A stretch of 64,000 nt of DNA from an uncultured Thermodesulfobacteriota bacterium (GTDB lineage: Bacteria; Desulfobacterota; Anaeroferrophillalia; Anaeroferrophillales; Tharpellaceae), in assembly GCA_964457755.1 (NCBI GenBank), contig CAYWGC010000002.1, forward strand, positions 80,621 to 144,620, given 5' to 3'. The translations under genes were made by a program, and so were the position numbers. Below the pieces are notes generated by a model. It saw only the letters and a list, made by a program, of their open reading frames with translations. It did not search any database and was not told the origin of the DNA. This document shows positions 1 to 10,899 of the stretch, piece after piece; the first letter of the stretch is position 1, and every line of letters starts with the position of its first letter.

Positions 1-1
1 G

Positions 2-388
2 ATCTTCTATGGGGCTCTGCCGGGGGAGGTTTTTTTTGAAAATGAGGCGCAATTCAAGCGGGCTGCATCTCTTGGCGAGTCTCTGTTTAGTGGTCAGGAG
101 CGGGTTTTTGCAGACTGGGCCTGCCCGTTATGCGGCAGCGATGTGATTCAGCTCCTGGGTAAAGATCGGATTCAATGTGTGGTATGTCGAAATTACGGCA
201 ATATCTGCCAGGATGGGGATAAGGTAGAGTTGCAGGTCGAGATAAATCCTGAAAATATCTTTTTTACAAAAGAACAGTCCAGTCGACACGGTCTCTGGCT
301 TCAGGGTATGAAAGCCCGGTTTATGCGCTTGCGGCGTAAACTGGCCACTTTGACCGGGGTCTACTCTGATCAAGGCAAATGGCTATAG
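2..388 (+). CDS. 3' end of a gene that starts upstream of the window; C-terminal fragment with CxxC...CxxC zinc-ribbon-like motifs, function unknown
   Basis: The frame is open from window position 2 to the stop at 388. The translation (…WACPLCGSDVIQLLGKDRIQCVVCRNYGNICQDG…) carries paired cysteines. The antisense ORF 128..373 is treated as a shadow. Confidence 0.4.
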   Translation: MFYGALPGEVFFENEAQFKRAASLGESLFSGQERVFADWACPLCGSDVIQLLGKDRIQCVVCRNYGNICQDGDKVELQVEINPENIFFTKEQSSRHGLWLQGMKARFMRLRRKLATLTGVYSDQGKWL

Positions 389-394
389 GAATTA

Positions 395-1438
395 TTATGG
401 AGATCCTTGTGAGGTCATACGGGAGGCAAGGGTCTCTTCAAAGACTTTCAGGAAGGCTGTAACCGCTTTCGGGTCAAACTGGCTTCCAGAGCCATCCTTG
501 ATCTCTTGGATGGCGATTTTAAGGGGTAGGGGTTTACGGTATGACCGTGCCGAGGTCATTGCGTCAAAAGTGTCACAGACGGCAATTATCCGGGCCATAA
601 ATGGGATTTTTTCTCCCGCCAGGCCTTTGGGGTAACCGGTACCGTCAAACCACTCATGATGACCTTCGATAATCGGCAGAAGATGACCGAGAAAAACGAG
701 AGGCTCAAGGATTTTTACGCCTTTACTGGGATGGGTTTTAATGGTTTCATATTCAACTACATTAAGTTTGCCGGGTTTATTGAGGAGTTGTTCAGAAATT
801 CCGATTTTGCCAATGTCGTGGAGTTGAGCGGCATAGAGCAGGTCGAGCCGATCCTCTTCCGGTAGTTTGAGAGTCTCTGCCATCATGGCAGAATATTCTG
901 AAACTCGTTTTGAGTGGCCTTGGGTGTAGCGGTCTTTCTCTTCGATAGCCAGAATGAAAGAACTGACGGTTTGTACAACCCGGTTGTGGAGAGCTTGAGT
1001 GGCCTCTTCAATTCTCTCTTCAAGGGTATTCTGGTAGGCTATCTTATCCTCTTGGAGTTGGCGGAACTCCAGGGCGCGGTTTAAGAGCAGTAAAAGTTCT
1101 TTGACGCGGAATGGCTTGGTCATGTAGTCAAAAGCCCCAAGTCGCATATGGTCGAGAGCCATATCCAGTTGGGCAAATCCCGTGAGGATGATAATTGGGA
1201 TCAGAGGATATTTCTGGGCGCCATGGGCGATAACCTGATCGCCTGAAACTTTTGGCATCTTGAGGTCGCAGATCACCGCATCAATGCTTTCGTGATGTTG
1301 ATCTAACAGGGCGATAGCTTCGTCGCCATCGCAGGCAGTCAGGTATTCGAAATCAAGACTTTCCAGGGTTTCGGAAAGAATCTCACGAATATCTTCTTCA
1401 TCATCAACAATGAGAACTAATTTTTTATCTTTTTGCAT
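395..1438 (-). CDS. Response regulator receiver fused to an HD-GYP phosphohydrolase domain (putative c-di-GMP phosphodiesterase, RpfG-like)
   Basis: The N-terminal REC domain (LVLIVDDEEDIREIL…D…K) is followed by an HD-GYP signature (…HHEWFDGTGYPKGL…, LHDIGKIGI). Confidence 0.85.
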   Translation of the reverse strand: MQKDKKLVLIVDDEEDIREILSETLESLDFEYLTACDGDEAIALLDQHHESIDAVICDLKMPKVSGDQVIAHGAQKYPLIPIIILTGFAQLDMALDHMRLGAFDYMTKPFRVKELLLLLNRALEFRQLQEDKIAYQNTLEERIEEATQALHNRVVQTVSSFILAIEEKDRYTQGHSKRVSEYSAMMAETLKLPEEDRLDLLYAAQLHDIGKIGISEQLLNKPGKLNVVEYETIKTHPSKGVKILEPLVFLGHLLPIIEGHHEWFDGTGYPKGLAGEKIPFMARIIAVCDTFDAMTSARSYRKPLPLKIAIQEIKDGSGSQFDPKAVTAFLKVFEETLASRMTSQGSP

Positions 1439-1550
1439 TATGGTCTCTTTAATCTGTTAGAGAAAGCTTTGCGCCTTTGGTCTCTGTGCCTTGGGGTTGC
1501 GGGTAAAAAACCCGCACAGGTATCTTTACTTTTATTGATAGTTTCTGTTT

Positions 1551-2081
1551 TTGTCAAGTCGTTATCCCGGCTTTGCCGGCTATGGAGGATTTGTTTTGCT
1601 TGAATCGAATTCTATAATCTCAGCGAAGAGTCTGGTTCCGGTGCTGGGGGAATTGCAAAAAAATGGTAAAAAGATTGTTTTTACAAATGGTTGCTTTGAT
1701 ATCCTGCATCCAGGGCACGTCACTTATCTGGCCGCAGCAAAAGAACTGGGTGATATTCTTGTTATCGGTTTAAACTCTGATGCATCTGTCCGCCGATTGA
1801 AGGGAGAAAAACGACCGATTATGGCCGAAGATGCTCGTGCTCTGCTGCTTGCGGCGTTGGCTTCTGTCGATTATGTAACCATTTTCGATGAAGATGATCC
1901 CTATCAATTGATTAGGGTGTTGCAACCAGATATTCTAGTTAAAGGAGGGGATTGGGATACTGCTTCAATTGTCGGACGAGATCTGGTTGAGGCGCGAGGC
2001 GGCAAGGTCTATTCGCTCCCCTTTGTCGATGAGTACTCAACCACATCAATCGTTGAGGAGATAATTCGGCGATATACCTGA
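1551..2081 (+). CDS. rfaE2: D-glycero-beta-D-manno-heptose 1-phosphate adenylyltransferase (RfaE domain II / HldE C-terminal-like cytidylyltransferase)
   Basis: KIVFTNGCFDILHPGHVTYL…VIGLNSD.SV…KG..RPI…R is the cytidylyltransferase (HxGH) family signature typical of RfaE-II; length ~176 aa. Confidence 0.8.
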   Translation: MSSRYPGFAGYGGFVLLESNSIISAKSLVPVLGELQKNGKKIVFTNGCFDILHPGHVTYLAAAKELGDILVIGLNSDASVRRLKGEKRPIMAEDARALLLAALASVDYVTIFDEDDPYQLIRVLQPDILVKGGDWDTASIVGRDLVEARGGKVYSLPFVDEYSTTSIVEEIIRRYT

Positions 2082-2106
2082 TCAGGTGTTAGTCGTCATT
2101 ATGACT

Positions 2107-3291
2107 TTACTGGAGACTGAAGACTGAAGGCTGACCCCTGCTTTTAAGATACTGTGCAGTTGTCAGATTGTTGCATGGGGTTAGTATCAGGTCCTGCCAA
2201 CCCTTTTTACGGGCGTTATTTATGATCTCTTGTAAGGTCACAATCGATTTTTGTTTCTGTTTGAGTGAGCCGGTTAAAGGTGGGATTTCAAATTTAAAAA
2301 TTATTCTCTCTTTTTCATGGACCTGTCCATTTTTAAAGAGTTTTGTCATCGTTGACGTAAGTTCTCTTTCTGAGGTCAGTTCCAACTCCCTTCTGATTCT
2401 TTCTTGATAAGCCATAACCATCAGGTAATCAGCTTCTGATGCAGCTATTGATGCCAAAGTAGAGGCAAACCAGTCGCGTCCCCAATCAGCATTATAGAGA
2501 AGTTCGTAATGGATATTTTGGGCGCAGAGGATTTTTGGTTTCAAAGTGCGGCAGATCGTGAAAATTTCATTGGCAAGGTGCTGTAGATTTAAGGCTTGTT
2601 GTTGGCGCCAGTTGTAAAATGGGGCTCTGTAAGGTTTGATTTCTCTGGCGGATCTGTAGATATCTGCTGGTATTGGAACGACTGTGTGGTTTATCTTTTT
2701 AAAGCCCTGATTGTGTCTGAGGATGAGGTCGTCCTGGAGAAGGATGCCGTCAATTGGGTAGGCGGCGAGATCTTTAAATAGTTGCTTGAGGAAGGCAATA
2801 TTTTCTGGAGCTTGAGGATCCATAAGGTTTTTTTCACGTATAAAATTACCTCGCTTTTTATCATAACTTAAGACTTGCGGTCTTAATTTGCGGGCGTAGT
2901 TGGCTTTTAAAGTTGTCATCCAGGCGAAGATCTTGAGTCCGTTACGGTGCGCGATTTTGCAGGCTGGAGTTAGGATGTCGGTGATGGTTGGAGACTGGTC
3001 GGTATTGAAGTAGACACCTTCCTGGAAATGTTTGCGAACCGACTCTTTTACCAGGTTATGAAAGCGATCTTTGCGATTATGAAAAACCCGCAGGATAATA
3101 GTATTATAGCCCAATTTTTTAAGACCCTGAAAGTACTTCTCGCAAGTGTCCCAATTGTCACCTTCAAGAATCGAAATCTGGGCTCCGATTAAAGGTTTTT
3201 CTTGTGTGAGCGCGGTTTCGGGAATGGTTATGGCAAGAACTCCGAAAATTAAAAACTTCAGAATTTGTAAAAACAGTTGACTTCGTATCAT
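2107..3291 (-). CDS. Secreted/lipoprotein-like glycoside-hydrolase-like protein (YddW/DUF4015, GH10-like TIM barrel family), function uncertain
   Basis: An N-terminal hydrophobic signal segment is followed by a ~370-aa domain whose composition resembles the family-10-like glycosyl hydrolase-like proteins. Recognition is weak. Confidence 0.4.
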   Translation of the reverse strand: MIRSQLFLQILKFLIFGVLAITIPETALTQEKPLIGAQISILEGDNWDTCEKYFQGLKKLGYNTIILRVFHNRKDRFHNLVKESVRKHFQEGVYFNTDQSPTITDILTPACKIAHRNGLKIFAWMTTLKANYARKLRPQVLSYDKKRGNFIREKNLMDPQAPENIAFLKQLFKDLAAYPIDGILLQDDLILRHNQGFKKINHTVVPIPADIYRSAREIKPYRAPFYNWRQQQALNLQHLANEIFTICRTLKPKILCAQNIHYELLYNADWGRDWFASTLASIAASEADYLMVMAYQERIRRELELTSERELTSTMTKLFKNGQVHEKERIIFKFEIPPLTGSLKQKQKSIVTLQEIINNARKKGWQDLILTPCNNLTTAQYLKSRGQPSVFSLQ

Positions 3292-3370
3292 TAATTTAGA
3301 CCTGAAGGGTTACAAAAATAACCACAAATAGACACAAATAAACACAAATGAGAGTGATTTGGTAACCGAA

Positions 3371-4759
3371 TCATGAAAAGAGTGCTTCAGCCAGTTCCTG
3401 CAAGGTGGAAATCTCTTTTAATCCCTGATTTCCACTTGTTTGTGATGAGAGGTTGCCTTGCGGGACAATGATCTTTTTGAAGCCGAATTTCAAAGCTTCA
3501 CTTAAGCGCTGATCGATCATATTTACGCGTCTGATCTCTCCAGTCAGCCCGACCTCTCCGATAACTAAGGTTGTTGCCGGTATCACCTGATCCAGGTGGC
3601 TGGAAAGAATTGCGGCGATCAGGGCCAGGTCGATGGCTGGTTCGACTACCTTTAAACCACCGACAATATTAAGAAATATATCTTTATTACTGAAATTAAG
3701 GCGCAGGCGTTTCTCCATAATGGCAATCATCAGGGCCGCCCGGTTGCGGTCAATGCCGAGGGTTGTGCGCCGCGGTATACCACCGGAGACGGCAGTGCTG
3801 ACCAAGGCTTGGATCTCGGTCAAAATTGGTCTGGAACCTTCAATTGTGGCACTGACCAGGGAGCCTGCCAGGTTTTGCGGACGCTCATTCAGGAAAATGC
3901 TGGAGGGGCTCTCAACTCCAACAAGACCGCTGCCGGTCATCTCAAAAACACCAATCTCATTGGTTGAACCAAAGCGATTTTTGACGGCTCTGAGAATGCG
4001 GAAAGGGTATTGGGTGTCAGATTCAAAATAGAGAACCGTATCGACCATATGTTCAAGCAGTTTGGGGCCGGCGATAGCACCATCTTTGGTGACGTGGCCA
4101 ATTATAAAGATCGGCGTATTGGTTAGTTTGGCAATCTTGACCAGGTGGGCGGCGGTTTGCCTGATCTGGCTGGTAGTGCCGGGGGGGGATTTTATCTCCG
4201 GGCTGTGGCAGGTCTGGATTGAGTCTATAACCAGGGTTTTCGGTTTGAGTTGCCGAAAATTTTTGATGATCTCTTCAATGCCTGAGGCTGCCAGGAAATA
4301 GAGATGTTCGTTATTGATGCCCATACGTCGGCTGCGCATCTTGCTTTGCCCCGGAGACTCTTCGCCGGAAACATAGAGGGTGATATGCTGGGGAATGCTT
4401 AAGCGGTCGAGGATCTGGAGAAGCAGTGTAGATTTGCCAATCCCCGGATCACCACCTACCAGTACGACTGAGCCTTTGACCAGGCCACCTCCTAAAACCC
4501 GATCAAATTCACTGATACCAGTAGCCTGGCGAGGTTGTTCACTCTCATTAATGTTACTAATCGGAATTGGTACTGCAATATCTCCGAGTTCGCTGATGGC
4601 CGCTATCATCTGCGGGGTTTCATGATCACTTGCGGTTTCAGGAGGGGCCTCCCGCATTGTCTCCCACTCATTACAGCCTGGACATTTACCCAGCCATTTA
4701 GCGCTCTGGTAGCCGCATGAAGTGCAGAAAAAGGAGGTCTTATTTTTTTTGGCAACCAT
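3371..4759 (-). CDS. radA: DNA repair protein RadA/Sms
   Basis: N-terminal C4 zinc finger (CTSCGYQSAKWLGKCPGCNEW), RecA-like Walker A (GGDPGIGKSTLLLQ), C-terminal Lon-protease-like domain. Confidence 0.95.
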   Translation of the reverse strand: MVAKKNKTSFFCTSCGYQSAKWLGKCPGCNEWETMREAPPETASDHETPQMIAAISELGDIAVPIPISNINESEQPRQATGISEFDRVLGGGLVKGSVVLVGGDPGIGKSTLLLQILDRLSIPQHITLYVSGEESPGQSKMRSRRMGINNEHLYFLAASGIEEIIKNFRQLKPKTLVIDSIQTCHSPEIKSPPGTTSQIRQTAAHLVKIAKLTNTPIFIIGHVTKDGAIAGPKLLEHMVDTVLYFESDTQYPFRILRAVKNRFGSTNEIGVFEMTGSGLVGVESPSSIFLNERPQNLAGSLVSATIEGSRPILTEIQALVSTAVSGGIPRRTTLGIDRNRAALMIAIMEKRLRLNFSNKDIFLNIVGGLKVVEPAIDLALIAAILSSHLDQVIPATTLVIGEVGLTGEIRRVNMIDQRLSEALKFGFKKIIVPQGNLSSQTSGNQGLKEISTLQELAEALFS

Positions 4760-4776
4760 GTGTCAGTTCTCAGTCT

Positions 4777-4833
4777 TCAGTCGCCAGTCGTCAGTCACCT
4801 AGTGTCAGGGTTTGCTGACGACTGGCGACTGAC
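4777..4833. other. Inverted-repeat hairpin (~16-bp arms AGTCGCCAGTCGTCAG / CTGACGACTGGCGACT) in the rodA-radA intergenic spacer
   Basis: Direct reading of complementary arms at 4779-4794 and 4815-4830. A T-run follows on the + strand only, so its function as a terminator is uncertain. Confidence 0.45.
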
Positions 4834-4840
4834 AACTGTT

Positions 4841-6037
4841 TTAAGCCTTGCGGCGGTAATGGATATTTAAAAGGATGCTGATCAAGACCAGTGAAGTAAG
4901 CATCGAAGTGCCGCCATAACTAAAGAGAGGCAGGGGGATACCGACTACCGGCATAAGTCCTAAAACCATACCAATGTTGATGGTGACTTGCCAGAAAAAA
5001 ATGGCCGCGATGCCGCTTGCAAGATAGCTTCCAAAGCTGTCTTTTGCTTCCATAGCAATATTTAAAGCCCGGAAAAGAAAGGTGAAATAGAGTGCTAAAA
5101 GGACCATCGTTCCTAAAAATCCCCATTGCTCAGCGTAGGTGGCAAAAATAAAATCAGTATGTTGTTCAGGTAAAAAATGCAGGGTGTTTTGCGTTCCTTT
5201 GAGAAAGCCTTTGCCGAAGAGTTTGCCGGCCCCGATGGCAATTTTCGACTGCGCAATATGGTAGCCGGAGCCTAAAGGGTCGTTTTCAGGGTTGATAAAA
5301 GTTAAAACTCGTTGCTGCTGGTAATCGTGCATGAAGTGCCAGCCCGCAAAAGCGGTTGTCAGGGCGCTTAGTGCAATTGTTATAATTGTTCCTCTGGTAA
5401 TTCCGGCAATGAAAATAACGACCCCTGAAATCAAAATAATAAGTAGGGCTGTACCGAGGTCGGGCTGTTTGAGGATCAGGATAGTCGGTAAGGCGACAAT
5501 GATGGCCGGGGTCAATAACTCTTTCAAGTTGTAGGGTGGGGGCAGACGTCGATCGCTTAAGTAGCGGGCCAGGGCGAGGATGACAGAGAGTTTGGCAAAT
5601 TCCGAAGGTTGCACATTCATGCCGCCAATCGAGAGCCAGCGAGTAGCTCCCATATGGTTACTGCCGGCTATCTCGACTGCCAATAACAGCGCTAAACCGA
5701 GTCCGTAGAGAGGGTAGGCCGCTTGGTAGAGGTAGTTGTAATGGAATATAAAGAGCCCACTGCCAACAACCATGGCGATACCGAACCAGGTAGTTTGCCG
5801 GCGGCAGTAAGCTGTCAGCCAGCCTCCGGCATCGGGGTTGTAGGTGGCGCTGTAGATAGTGACGATTCCTAAAAAAACTAGAGTCAATGTCAATCCCAGG
5901 GTCAGATAATCAAAATCATATAGACGTTTACGTTCAAGGGGTTGTTCTGTCAGGCGATTCTTGGGCCAAGGGGTGTACTGCTCTGATTTGGCATCAATAA
6001 GGTGGGTACGTTGTGGGGTTTGTTTGGATAGGTTCAT
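4841..6037 (-). CDS. rodA: Rod shape-determining protein RodA (SEDS peptidoglycan glycosyltransferase)
   Basis: Polytopic membrane protein with FtsW/RodA motifs (…LPEQHTDFIFA…, GGTSM…). It lies immediately downstream of PBP2 in the mre operon. Confidence 0.9.
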   Translation of the reverse strand: MNLSKQTPQRTHLIDAKSEQYTPWPKNRLTEQPLERKRLYDFDYLTLGLTLTLVFLGIVTIYSATYNPDAGGWLTAYCRRQTTWFGIAMVVGSGLFIFHYNYLYQAAYPLYGLGLALLLAVEIAGSNHMGATRWLSIGGMNVQPSEFAKLSVILALARYLSDRRLPPPYNLKELLTPAIIVALPTILILKQPDLGTALLIILISGVVIFIAGITRGTIITIALSALTTAFAGWHFMHDYQQQRVLTFINPENDPLGSGYHIAQSKIAIGAGKLFGKGFLKGTQNTLHFLPEQHTDFIFATYAEQWGFLGTMVLLALYFTFLFRALNIAMEAKDSFGSYLASGIAAIFFWQVTINIGMVLGLMPVVGIPLPLFSYGGTSMLTSLVLISILLNIHYRRKA

Positions 6038-6090
6038 AAGAGATTCTCAAGGATGAAGGATGAATAAAAAAACATGATGAAATATTTGTC

Positions 6091-7986
6091 TTAACCTTCA
6101 TCCTTTGATAAACGTTTTGTGCCTTGGGTAGTGGGCAAAGCCCACTTTAGTTTGTCAAGATAAAACTCTATTGCTTGTCGGGCAATTGGCGCAGCTGTTG
6201 AACCGCCATGACCACCATGTTCAATTAGAACTGCAATAGCAATCTCAGGGTCGCTGTAAGGGGCAAAAGCGGCAAACCAGGCGTGGTCACGAAAACGCCA
6301 AGGGATCTCTTTAGACCCTTTTAAATCCTCAAGGGTCTGTTTGACAACCTGGGCGGTACCGGTTTTTCCAGCCATCTCCCACCCTTCGGTGGTGATCCGC
6401 GATTTAAAAGCAGTTCCACGTTTGTCATTAACCACTTGCCAGAGAGCTTTACGTATGGCCTGCATATGGGGATCGCTTATTTCGACCCGGGTGCCATCGT
6501 TTTTTGTAGAGGTTTTATGGCGCTTGTCTGAAGTTGGTTGAGCGTTCTTATCTTTAACCAGGTGCGGTTTGTAGTAGATGCCTCCATTGGCGAATACTGT
6601 ATACATGGCGGCGATCTGTAGCGGGGTAGTTGTCAGATAACCCTGGCCGATGCAAACTGAAATTGTATCGCCTGTATACCATTGATCATGAACGTTTTTC
6701 AACTTCCATGACGAACTTGGTAAAAGTCCGCTTTTCTCTTCCTGAAGTTCGATGCCGCTGAGATGACCGAGACCGAAGTTGGACCCGTAGGCAGCAATTC
6801 GATCGATCGGAATTCTGGTTGCGAGATTATAATAATAGACGTCACAGGACTCTTTCAGTGAACGGTAGAGATCGACATGGCCGTGACCATAGCGGTTCCA
6901 GCAGCGAAAATTGCTGCGGCCCAGAGTCATGGAACCGTTACAGGAAAATGATGTTTGCGGGGTTATCACCTGATCAGTAAGGGCGACAGCAGCGATCAAT
7001 GGTTTGATCGTGGAGCCGGGGGGATAACGTCCCTGGATTGGGCGATTTTGTAGAGGGTGCAGGGGGTCGCTGTTGATTGTTTGCCAATCTTTAGTGGAGA
7101 TTCGTGTCGCAAAAAGATTGTTGGAGAATGACGGAGTGCTGACCAGGGCCAGAATCTCACCGTTTTTAGGATTAATGGCAACTACGCTTCCGACTTCTGC
7201 ACCCAGCAGATCGAAAGCATGTTGTTGGAGGTCGATATCTATGGTCAATTCCAGGTTTTTTCCAGATTGGGCCGGTATTGTGGTGTAGGAGGATAGTTCC
7301 CGGCCGCGAGCGTTGACTTCGACTTGGCGTTGGCCGTCCTGACCGCGTAAATATTCCTGGTAACCTGCTTCGATGCCGGAGCGCCCGACAAGATCGTCCC
7401 GGGCATAACTTTTATAAGCCTGTAACCCCAGTTCTCGATCATTGATAAATCCCAGATAACCAATAACATGCGAGCATATTTCATCGTACGGATACTCCCG
7501 TATGGGCTCAGTTTCGATGAGAATGCCCGGTAGTTCAAATTTTCGGGATTCGACTCGGGCCAGCTCATTGGGACAGAGATTTTTTTTTAAGGTGATTGGC
7601 CGATGACGGGCACTGCGGGGAGTTTTATTGTATAGAGTTACAATTGTTTCAGTTTTGAGATCATCGATTTGGGTGGCCAGAAGTTCAGCGACATTTTCAA
7701 TTTCATCAATATTCTCAGGGATTAGCTGCAGGTTGAAAGCCAGAGAATTGTCGGCTAGGATTTCCCGGTTTCGATCTGTGATAATGCCTCTTAAAGCCCG
7801 GATTCGTCTGGTTCTTATACGGTTATCTTGTGATTTTTGATTATAATACTCGCCTTGAACTATTTGGATGTACCAAAGCCGGAGAGTTAGGCAAGAGACT
7901 ATTATTGCCATAGCGATCATGATTATGCGTCCATTGACGGCAATCTGTTCGCGTTTATTTTTTTTACTGTTATCTACATTAGCCAT
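6091..7986 (-). CDS. mrdA: Penicillin-binding protein 2 (peptidoglycan D,D-transpeptidase MrdA)
   Basis: N-terminal membrane anchor, PBP dimerisation domain, transpeptidase STIK (…PGSTIKP…), SxN and KTG(T) motifs (…AGKTGTAQ…). Synteny mreBCD-mrdA-rodA. Confidence 0.9.
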   Translation of the reverse strand: MANVDNSKKNKREQIAVNGRIIMIAMAIIVSCLTLRLWYIQIVQGEYYNQKSQDNRIRTRRIRALRGIITDRNREILADNSLAFNLQLIPENIDEIENVAELLATQIDDLKTETIVTLYNKTPRSARHRPITLKKNLCPNELARVESRKFELPGILIETEPIREYPYDEICSHVIGYLGFINDRELGLQAYKSYARDDLVGRSGIEAGYQEYLRGQDGQRQVEVNARGRELSSYTTIPAQSGKNLELTIDIDLQQHAFDLLGAEVGSVVAINPKNGEILALVSTPSFSNNLFATRISTKDWQTINSDPLHPLQNRPIQGRYPPGSTIKPLIAAVALTDQVITPQTSFSCNGSMTLGRSNFRCWNRYGHGHVDLYRSLKESCDVYYYNLATRIPIDRIAAYGSNFGLGHLSGIELQEEKSGLLPSSSWKLKNVHDQWYTGDTISVCIGQGYLTTTPLQIAAMYTVFANGGIYYKPHLVKDKNAQPTSDKRHKTSTKNDGTRVEISDPHMQAIRKALWQVVNDKRGTAFKSRITTEGWEMAGKTGTAQVVKQTLEDLKGSKEIPWRFRDHAWFAAFAPYSDPEIAIAVLIEHGGHGGSTAAPIARQAIEFYLDKLKWALPTTQGTKRLSKDEG

Positions 7987-8004
7987 AAAAAGAGAGTTGA
8001 CAAA

Positions 8005-8520
8005 TTAGGCGGAGAGAATGTTGGGGTTGCTGGGAATGTAGCGAGCCTGAAGAGTATTCAGGCAAAAGAGGATAGGGATCGCAAATATAGTTGTTGTAAT
8101 GATCCCGCCGAAGGCTTTTAAGATGAGGTTGGAAAAGTCAGGAGAGCCGATTGCAATCCCGAGAAAAATGGTCAGGAGAAGTTTGCAGGTGCCGGCGAAA
8201 AGTGCTTGAGGGAAGATGTGGTTCATGAAAACAGTGCGGTTAAGATGGCATCCGGCAAAGAATATGGCGAGGTGTAAAATTGGTTGTATGATACCTGGAG
8301 AGCTGCTGAATAGAGATGTCGTCAGGGAAATTCCAGCAGCAGCCAATAAACAGCGTAGGCCTAGTGGTCGAGAGGTTAGGAAGACTATGAGTACGAGGTT
8401 TAGGTCTGGAGTGAAGCCCGCCGGGATCCCAAGATTTGGGAAGAAACTTGATTCAATCGCTTTTAGAATGAACGCTAAAAAGGTGAAAAATAGTGGTGAA
8501 AAGAGGGTCAGGGTAGGCAT
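8005..8520 (-). CDS. mreD: Rod shape-determining protein MreD
   Basis: Small polytopic membrane protein placed between mreC and mrdA. Confidence 0.7.
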   Translation of the reverse strand: MPTLTLFSPLFFTFLAFILKAIESSFFPNLGIPAGFTPDLNLVLIVFLTSRPLGLRCLLAAAGISLTTSLFSSSPGIIQPILHLAIFFAGCHLNRTVFMNHIFPQALFAGTCKLLLTIFLGIAIGSPDFSNLILKAFGGIITTTIFAIPILFCLNTLQARYIPSNPNILSA

Positions 8521-8524
8521 CGGT

Positions 8525-9358
8525 TTAGGACGTTTTCCGTGAAGGTATTATATAAACCTCTTCAATAGTGTTGAGATCGAATGTTGGTTTTACTTTGATC
8601 TGTTGGCTGAGGCCGTTAGGGTCTTGTTCAGTTTTAACGACAGTACCGACCGTTATGCCTTTGGGGAACATGTTATCAAGGCCTGAGGTGATCAGCGTGT
8701 CGCCGACTTTGACATCGGCGGTACGCTGGAGATGGGCCAGTTCGCAGAGGTCGCTGCCTGTGCCTTGCAGGGTTCCACGAATACGGTTTCTTTGAATTAT
8801 AACGTCGCAAGCGCTATTTTGATCAACGAGTAGGAGGACTTTGGCAGATTGTGGTCCGCAGGCGATGATGCGGCCGATAACTCCGCCTGGTGTAAATACT
8901 GGGTTATTGATTTTGAGACCTTGACGGGATCCACAATCAATTATAAAAATTTGTGAGAGGCTATCAGTTTGCCGGCCAATAATGTGAGCTGCCAGACCTT
9001 GCTCCAGGGTGTCGTGCTGTTTTTTGAAGTTAAGCAGCTGATGCAGACGCTGGTTTTCGATACGAGCTTCTTCAAATTGGGCCAGGCGATGTTTCATGAG
9101 ATCAAGATCTTTTTTTAATTTGGCATTGTTCTTTTTGGTGCCGACCAGGCTGATGTAGTTGTCAAAAATGTTACTACTGGTAGCAAAGGTCCAGTTAATA
9201 GACTTTTGGATAGGGTAGGTCATCGTCAAAGCTGCACGTTCAGCAATGCTGATAAGGCTACCTCCTTTTTGCAGGCCAAAGCTTACACAGAGGGTGGAAA
9301 AAATAAAAATTAATACCAAGCTTAAGAACCAGGGTAGGCGGTGGCTTAACGTGGTCAT
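8525..9358 (-). CDS. mreC: Rod shape-determining protein MreC
   Basis: N-terminal membrane anchor, coiled-coil region, C-terminal beta domains typical of MreC. Position after mreB. Confidence 0.85.
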   Translation of the reverse strand: MTTLSHRLPWFLSLVLIFIFSTLCVSFGLQKGGSLISIAERAALTMTYPIQKSINWTFATSSNIFDNYISLVGTKKNNAKLKKDLDLMKHRLAQFEEARIENQRLHQLLNFKKQHDTLEQGLAAHIIGRQTDSLSQIFIIDCGSRQGLKINNPVFTPGGVIGRIIACGPQSAKVLLLVDQNSACDVIIQRNRIRGTLQGTGSDLCELAHLQRTADVKVGDTLITSGLDNMFPKGITVGTVVKTEQDPNGLSQQIKVKPTFDLNTIEEVYIIPSRKTS

Positions 9359-9389
9359 GACAGTCTCGCTAAAAGTTTAAAGCCTTGGT

Positions 9390-10424
<1,035 letters not shown>

Positions 10425-10899
10425 TTATATAACTCTCTAAATTGAAATCTATAGTGTGATTATAGGGGAGTTTGAAGCGGGCAACAGTTCAGCAACCTCA
10501 ACTCCATCCATGCGAAACTTAACAGTCTGTAAAAATCAAACAACTCTTTTTTGGTTAAGTAAATTCTAATCTTTAAAAGCTTTATTATGTTAACAGGGAA
10601 AGAAAGAAAATTCAAGAAAAATAAATGGTTCCGTCATTTTTTTTAAAAAAAGAGTGGTTCAGTTGAAAATAGAAAATCGTTCGATTTTAATATTGTGAAA
10701 AGCTGACTTGACTCCACCATAAGGATGGATTAAATCTCCTGGGTTAACTATTCAGTTTACTTTTCTATTATTGTAAATATTTTTCCATATTTTACGAGTT
10801 GGCCGAAGAGTTACCTTTTTTTTCTTTGCGACCTTGCGCCTTAGCGGCTTCGCGTTTAGTGTTTTTGCTTCCGGCTCACCCGGTTAAGGACTTTAAACT

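Noticed and set aside
128-373. 81-aa minus-strand ORF overlapping the partial plus-strand CDS at the window start
   Set aside because: The plus-strand frame is open from position 2 (continuing from upstream) and carries Cys motifs. The minus ORF is most likely an antisense shadow, and no RBS or family signal was seen.
2126-2138. 13-mer GACTGAAGACTGA shared (inverted) with 4770-4782
   Set aside because: The first copy lies inside the coding 3' end of the 2107-3291 gene (encoding …SVFSLQ). A single short shared k-mer is most likely coincidence, not a repeat family.
3633-4625. Several 60-130-aa ORFs antisense within radA (and similar antisense ORFs inside mrdA, mreB, the TRAP and acyl-CoA ligase genes)
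   Set aside because: They are fully embedded opposite strongly supported genes and arise from GC-rich codon bias. No independent evidence supports them.
10425-10899. 475-bp non-coding region upstream of mreB/xseA examined for sRNA, tRNA or riboswitch
   Set aside because: AT-rich promoter-like sequence with no convincing cloverleaf, conserved riboswitch motif or stable hairpin-plus-U-tract seen by eye. It was left unannotated apart from being a divergent promoter region.
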